From the NCBI GenBank assembly GCA_043228905.1, contig JBHGNT010000002.1:3348001-3412000 (forward strand): a DNA stretch of 64,000 nucleotides, written 5' to 3'. The notes beneath the pieces are model-generated. The model was not told where the DNA came from and ran no database searches. It worked only from the letters and a program-made list of their open reading frames with translations. Position numbers and translations under genes: made by a program. Origin of the DNA: Azolla caroliniana. Taxonomy: Eukaryota; Plantae; Polypodiophyta. Positions 59,301 to 64,000 of this stretch are shown in pieces (position 1 is the stretch's first letter; each line of letters starts with the position of its first letter).

Positions 59301-62099
59301 AAAGTGGCAATGCCCATTGTTGGTTACTAACATTTGATATGATATGAATTTCTTATCTTGATTTAGATAAAATCTCGTGCCGGCATATGCTTTCTAAATA
59401 AAAAAACTTGTAGGCAATGATATCATGTCTTGCCACTCTTAGCATAGGTACATGTCGTTTATTCTGTAACTAATTCTTCTTGTTCATGCTCAACTAATAA
59501 ACAACTCAAGTCAAGCGCAAAAAAAGTCAGCAAATATTTAAGTTTTCAACCAAGTCTATATGGTTGTACTTGTAAGAAAAACAATTTCGATATAAGTCAG
59601 CGTTTGTAAAGCCTAGTAAAGTTGCCTCTCGAGGTTACTATTTTTTGTCAAATCATCAATAATTATATGAATTTGAAATTACAAACTCTCTCGTCCAAAT
59701 TTCATCTTATTACTCTAATGCCAAAGTTATATTGACACATACCATATCTATTATTCGAGCATATATAGGGAACATTGACATAAAGCTAGATCAAGTTTTA
59801 GGTCTACTTTTTAATAGAATTGGTTGAGAGATAAGGAGCTCACAAAGGGAGGGGGTAGGTATCTATGTAGTTGATTGAGTAATAGGAGTTAAGTTCCAAC
59901 TTGGGAAGGGAGGTTGAGGTGAATGTTTTGCTGCAATGACAAATAGAGTTTGTCCACACACACACATATACATGTTTGTGGATACATTCTACAACTTCCA
60001 TGTATTTATACATATACTCATTCATGAGGTCTAGATAAACACATGTAGATAATACAACAGTAAGATTGCAATGTTAGCCAAGTGTGACGAGTATCAAGCA
60101 AATCAACCCCGAATTATAGAATCTTTGTGGTTACAATGGTTTGCCTATCAACTAACACATCTGGAATTATTGATGCACAATTCATTATCTATACCTTCAG
60201 TCCGAGAAACGCTACTATTTCATTTTTCACAACAATGATAGGGGGAAAGCATTACCATTATTTTTATGACAAAATAAATATTCTTTCGATTTTCAATGAA
60301 AGCTCATTGTCTTGCTTCCAAGTAATGTGTCATGTCATTGTTTCCTTTGGCCAAATCAAATGCATTGGATGATCCAACTAACATGCAATATCATCATTCG
60401 TTACCGTGAATATTAAAGACGACTCCCATTTACTTATTTGTTCAATGGCTCTCTACATTCATCGTGTAATGCACATGTTGTCCAAGTGAAATGCATTCTT
60501 GAACTTGTCATTTCATAAAGTACATTTTCCAGAACCATTGGAAAGAGAGTGTTGCTTCAAATATGTGTAAGTGATTGTAGGGACATATACACAGAACCTT
60601 AATAGTTTTGACCTAGCTTAGGATGCCTCAATTCAGCTTGCACAAATGAATTTGAGTGCACCAATTGTAAGGAATCTAAAGTTAAGGTGTTCAAAGGGTG
60701 AACTATAAGGAAACTTTTGCTTGTAGTAGTGTATGATGCAAAAATGTAGTAAAATCAATTACATAATAACAAGTATAATGTTGAGGGGTTGCACATTAAA
60801 CTAAGTGTATATATGCAAGTGTATGTCCAACATTAGGCTATTAAGAGATTGCTCGACTATATTTTGCCCCATAATAATTCATGTGGCAGATTGATTAATG
60901 ATATATCAATCACAAATCATGGTAGTTCTTCACTCTATTGCATATAGTTTAATGATTGTGCATGTATGAGATTATAAGGAGAGTCATAACATTAAGACTA
61001 TGAACAACACAATGCACAACAATTATCAATGTGCAATGATAATCACCAATGTATGTAGGGGATTGAATGAATGTGTATGTATGACATGCACCAAAAGACA
61101 AATACATATTGCATCGTACATGTTGAAGGCATACCCTCTTAGAGATAGCCTAGGTGGGAGACACTATTATATTGCAAAACAAATTGCCTTTTGAAGCCTA
61201 GTTTGGGAAGCGATACATAAACCCTTAGAGAGCTACGAAACAAGGTGTCATTTTTTCCGTACTAATCTTTCATCTGGCCAATCTCTCTTTCTGACAAAAG
61301 GGCAACATGATATTTTCTAACCTTTTTCTTGTACCCCCCCCACAACATGTCATTACTTTGTCTCTCCTTCTCACAAAACAAGACTCTTTTTTACGAAGGT
61401 CACTTGGTACATCTATGGCATATCGTTGGCAGGTTTTTTTGGCTTGTAATTTTATCTATCTACTGGGTAACTCCTGTTGTCTTGGTCACTTTTGCTCTCT
61501 CCTCATCGATTTCTAGTCATCCCTTAACAAGTGTGTGCGTGTGGGTCCATCTGTTTGTCACTCGCTTGTTAGTTCTATAAAACTCATGGTCTCATTGGGC
61601 TTTGGTTGGTCTTGTATAACGCAACTACGAAGCCATAAAATGTCCGAGAGAGATTGCGAATTCGGGTCCAGTGGCCTAGCCCTGCGGAGACTGTGATTAA
61701 TCAGAGCCCCCTCCTCTGGCCCCCCTTGAATCGTGATATGCATCCGATGTCCAGGCTGTTTGTGACCATCACTCACATTTGCCTGGACAACTTCGTCTTA
61801 GTTATTGATCGGTCTGCCACAGTGCCATACATGTAAAAATTTCTTCTTGTTTTATTTTTATTTTTCCTCTTTTTATTTATTTTTTGAGGCTTTTTATTTA
61901 AAACATTTCTCAAGAGAGCTTCCCCCCCCCCCCCCCCCCTTCTCTATCTTCTTTACTGTATTTATTCACTGATTTTCTTAAAAGAGGAAGAAGAAGAAGA
62001 AGAAGAAGAAATGAATGAATTGAGTTAAATCGATTTATTATTGATGTGTGAAAAAAAATAAACAATATATAGAAATGAATTGCTCTACATATTTTTACG

Positions 62100-62470
62100 G
62101 CCAAGGCCCACGTGGAAGACACGTAGGACGGGGACGTGGCAGATATAGTAAATCCATTACATATTCTAACATCGTAAAATTGGATTGGTCTGTTTTTCGT
62201 TCTCTAGGCAAGCCTACGTGGAAGGCACGTAGGCGGTGACGTGGCAGGGCCCGGACACCTGGCGCGGTGACGGGGCGGAGGCCCTAAATTTGTCCGGCTA
62301 AAGATGGCGGGGACCAATCTCTCTCTAGACTCTCTCTCTCTCTCTCTCTCTCATTAATGCCAGCCACTCACCTCCCCCTTCATTCTCTCTCTCTCTCTCT
62401 CTCTCTCTTCTGCAGGGTTTCGCCATAGCCAGCCAAGCAAGCTTTCTCTCTCTAGACTCACTCTGGTCTC

Positions 62471-62515
<45 letters not shown>

Positions 62516-62560
62516 CCAGTCTCTGATCTGTCTGTGTCTGTCTGTCTGTCTGTCTCGCTC
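62100..62560 (+). promoter_or_regulatory. ACGT-core (G-box/ABRE-like) cluster followed by CT microsatellites; promoter/5' UTR-like
   Basis: Six ACGT boxes in 62108-62247 (CCACGTGG, GACGTGGC twice, TACGTGG, CACGTAGG twice), then long (CT)n tracts. Confidence 0.45.
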
Positions 62561-62747
62561 TGTCTTCGGCCCCCGAAACGATACGATTCCTGCTATATTT
62601 TTCAGTTATTCGTGGAGCGAATCTCTCGGGAGGTTGTTTGTGAAGGGGAATGACTGAATTGGTCGCGCTCGCTAAGCACTGATATACTATGAAGGAGTTC
62701 GCCTTCCTCTGCTGATCGGCCATGTCCGCTTCTTCTTAATTCTTCTT

Positions 62748-62778
<31 letters not shown>

Positions 62779-63273
62779 ATTCTTCTTCTTAATTCTTCTT
62801 TCTTCTTTCTTCTTCGCAATCGTTGAGTTCCTTCTGAGCCGAAAACCTGCAATGTCTGATCACGTCGCCATCAATTTGGACGCCGCTGAAACAATTCCAT
62901 GGGGAGGACAGGTTTGCTTCCCGTAATCCTTCATTACTCTTCCAAATTTTTGATGTTTATGAAACTATCGCTGTCTCTTTCCCTCCATTCTTCTTCTTCT
63001 TCTCCTGCTCCTGCAGAGAACTGGACTTTGATTTCTCTCTTCTTCTTCTTCTTCTTCTTCTGCGGAGAACGGTTATCTTTCCTGTGAAATTTCCTTTTGC
63101 GTTCTTCAGCAGGCAGGCCCGAATTTCTCTTTTCTCTCCGTTCATTCTGCAGACAATGTCTGCCTTTTGCATTCTCGCCGTTCGTTCGAAAGAACATTCC
63201 TTCTGCGTTCTTCTTCACTAGGCAGGCTCGCTGTGGCATTCTCTCCCGTCTTTTGTGCAGAGAATGAACAGTG

Positions 63274-63675
63274 TTTCTTTCTCTCCGTTCTTCTTCAGAA
63301 GATGAATGCCTTTTCTTTCTAATTCTCTCATTCTGCGGAGAGGGGATGGTTTTTCTTTCTCTCCGTTCTTCTTCAGAAGATGAATGGTTTTTCTTTCTAT
63401 TCTCTCAGTCTGCGGAGAGGCAATGGCTTTTCTTTCTCTCCGTTCTTCTTCAGAAGATGAATGGTTTTTCTTTCTATTCTCTCATTCTGCAAAGAGGGAA
63501 TGGTTTTTCTTTCTCTCTGTTCTTCTTCAGAAGATGAATGCTTTTCTTTCTATTCTCTCATTCTGCGAAGAGGGAATGGTTTTTCTTTCTCTCCGTTCGT
63601 CTTCAGAAGATGAATGGTTTTTCTTTCTATTCTCTCATTCTGCGGAGAGGGAATAGTGTTTCTTTCTCTCCGTTC
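63274..63675. repeat. ~77-bp tandem repeat x5
   Basis: Unit TTTCTTTCTCTCCGTTCTTCTTCAGAAGATGAATG starts at ~63274, 63352, 63429, 63506 and 63583. Confidence 0.92.
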
Positions 63676-64000
63676 ATCTGCATTTGCTTCCTTATCGTTA
63701 ACCTGCAGAGAATGGTTTTTCTTCTCGCATCATTAACATGTGCAAGCGGTTTTTTCTTCCGCGGAGAAACGGTTTGCTTTTTCTCTGCCTATCACTTAAC
63801 AATACGTCGTTCGCTTCAAAGCCATCCTTTTCTTCAAGGCTTGGTCGGACATTGCCGCTTCTGTTGATTGTAATACAAGGAGGGGACGGAGAAGAAGAAG
63901 ACGAAGGAAGAGACGGAGAGGAAGAAGAAGGAAGAACACGAATAAAGAAGAGAAAGCAGAAGAATTAAGAAGAAAGATATGTTGCCATGTTACCTGACTT

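Noticed and set aside
63285-63305. HSE-like TTC/GAA in the 77-bp repeat
   Set aside because: The spacing TTC-A-GAA is 1 nt, not the 2 nt of an HSE.

Overview
Plant nuclear DNA, most likely from a non-seed plant such as a moss; this is inferred from the retroelement types present. About 56.5 kb is a nested LTR-retrotransposon island built from four kinds of element. (1) Tork/Tnt1-like Copia: one copy with an intact ORF at 268-5748, one decayed copy at 6140-17356 and a solo LTR. (2) A second Copia family with Gag starting MASSLPTEKLD, probably Bryco-like, in four copies. (3) A Gypsy-type family primed by tRNA-Trp with 4-bp target duplications, present as gag-only elements and solo LTRs. (4) Two Tcn1/Tf1-like chromoviruses at 38724-44887 and 49883-56558, plus LTR fragments. 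There are also LINE remnants, a hAT-type MITE and tandem repeats. The last ~7.5 kb is AT-rich and ends in a promoter-like ACGT-box/CT-microsatellite region. No host gene is securely identifiable. The main signals are: a tRNA-shaped A/B-box cassette facing outward at the edge of the chromovirus LTRs next to perfect heat-shock elements; CpG-centred integration sites for the tRNA-Trp family; a fold-back junction resembling a captured self-primed strong-stop cDNA; covarying palindromes and a long Pol C-terminal tail in the Bryco-like Copia; and a Gag capsid swap between two Tork copies.
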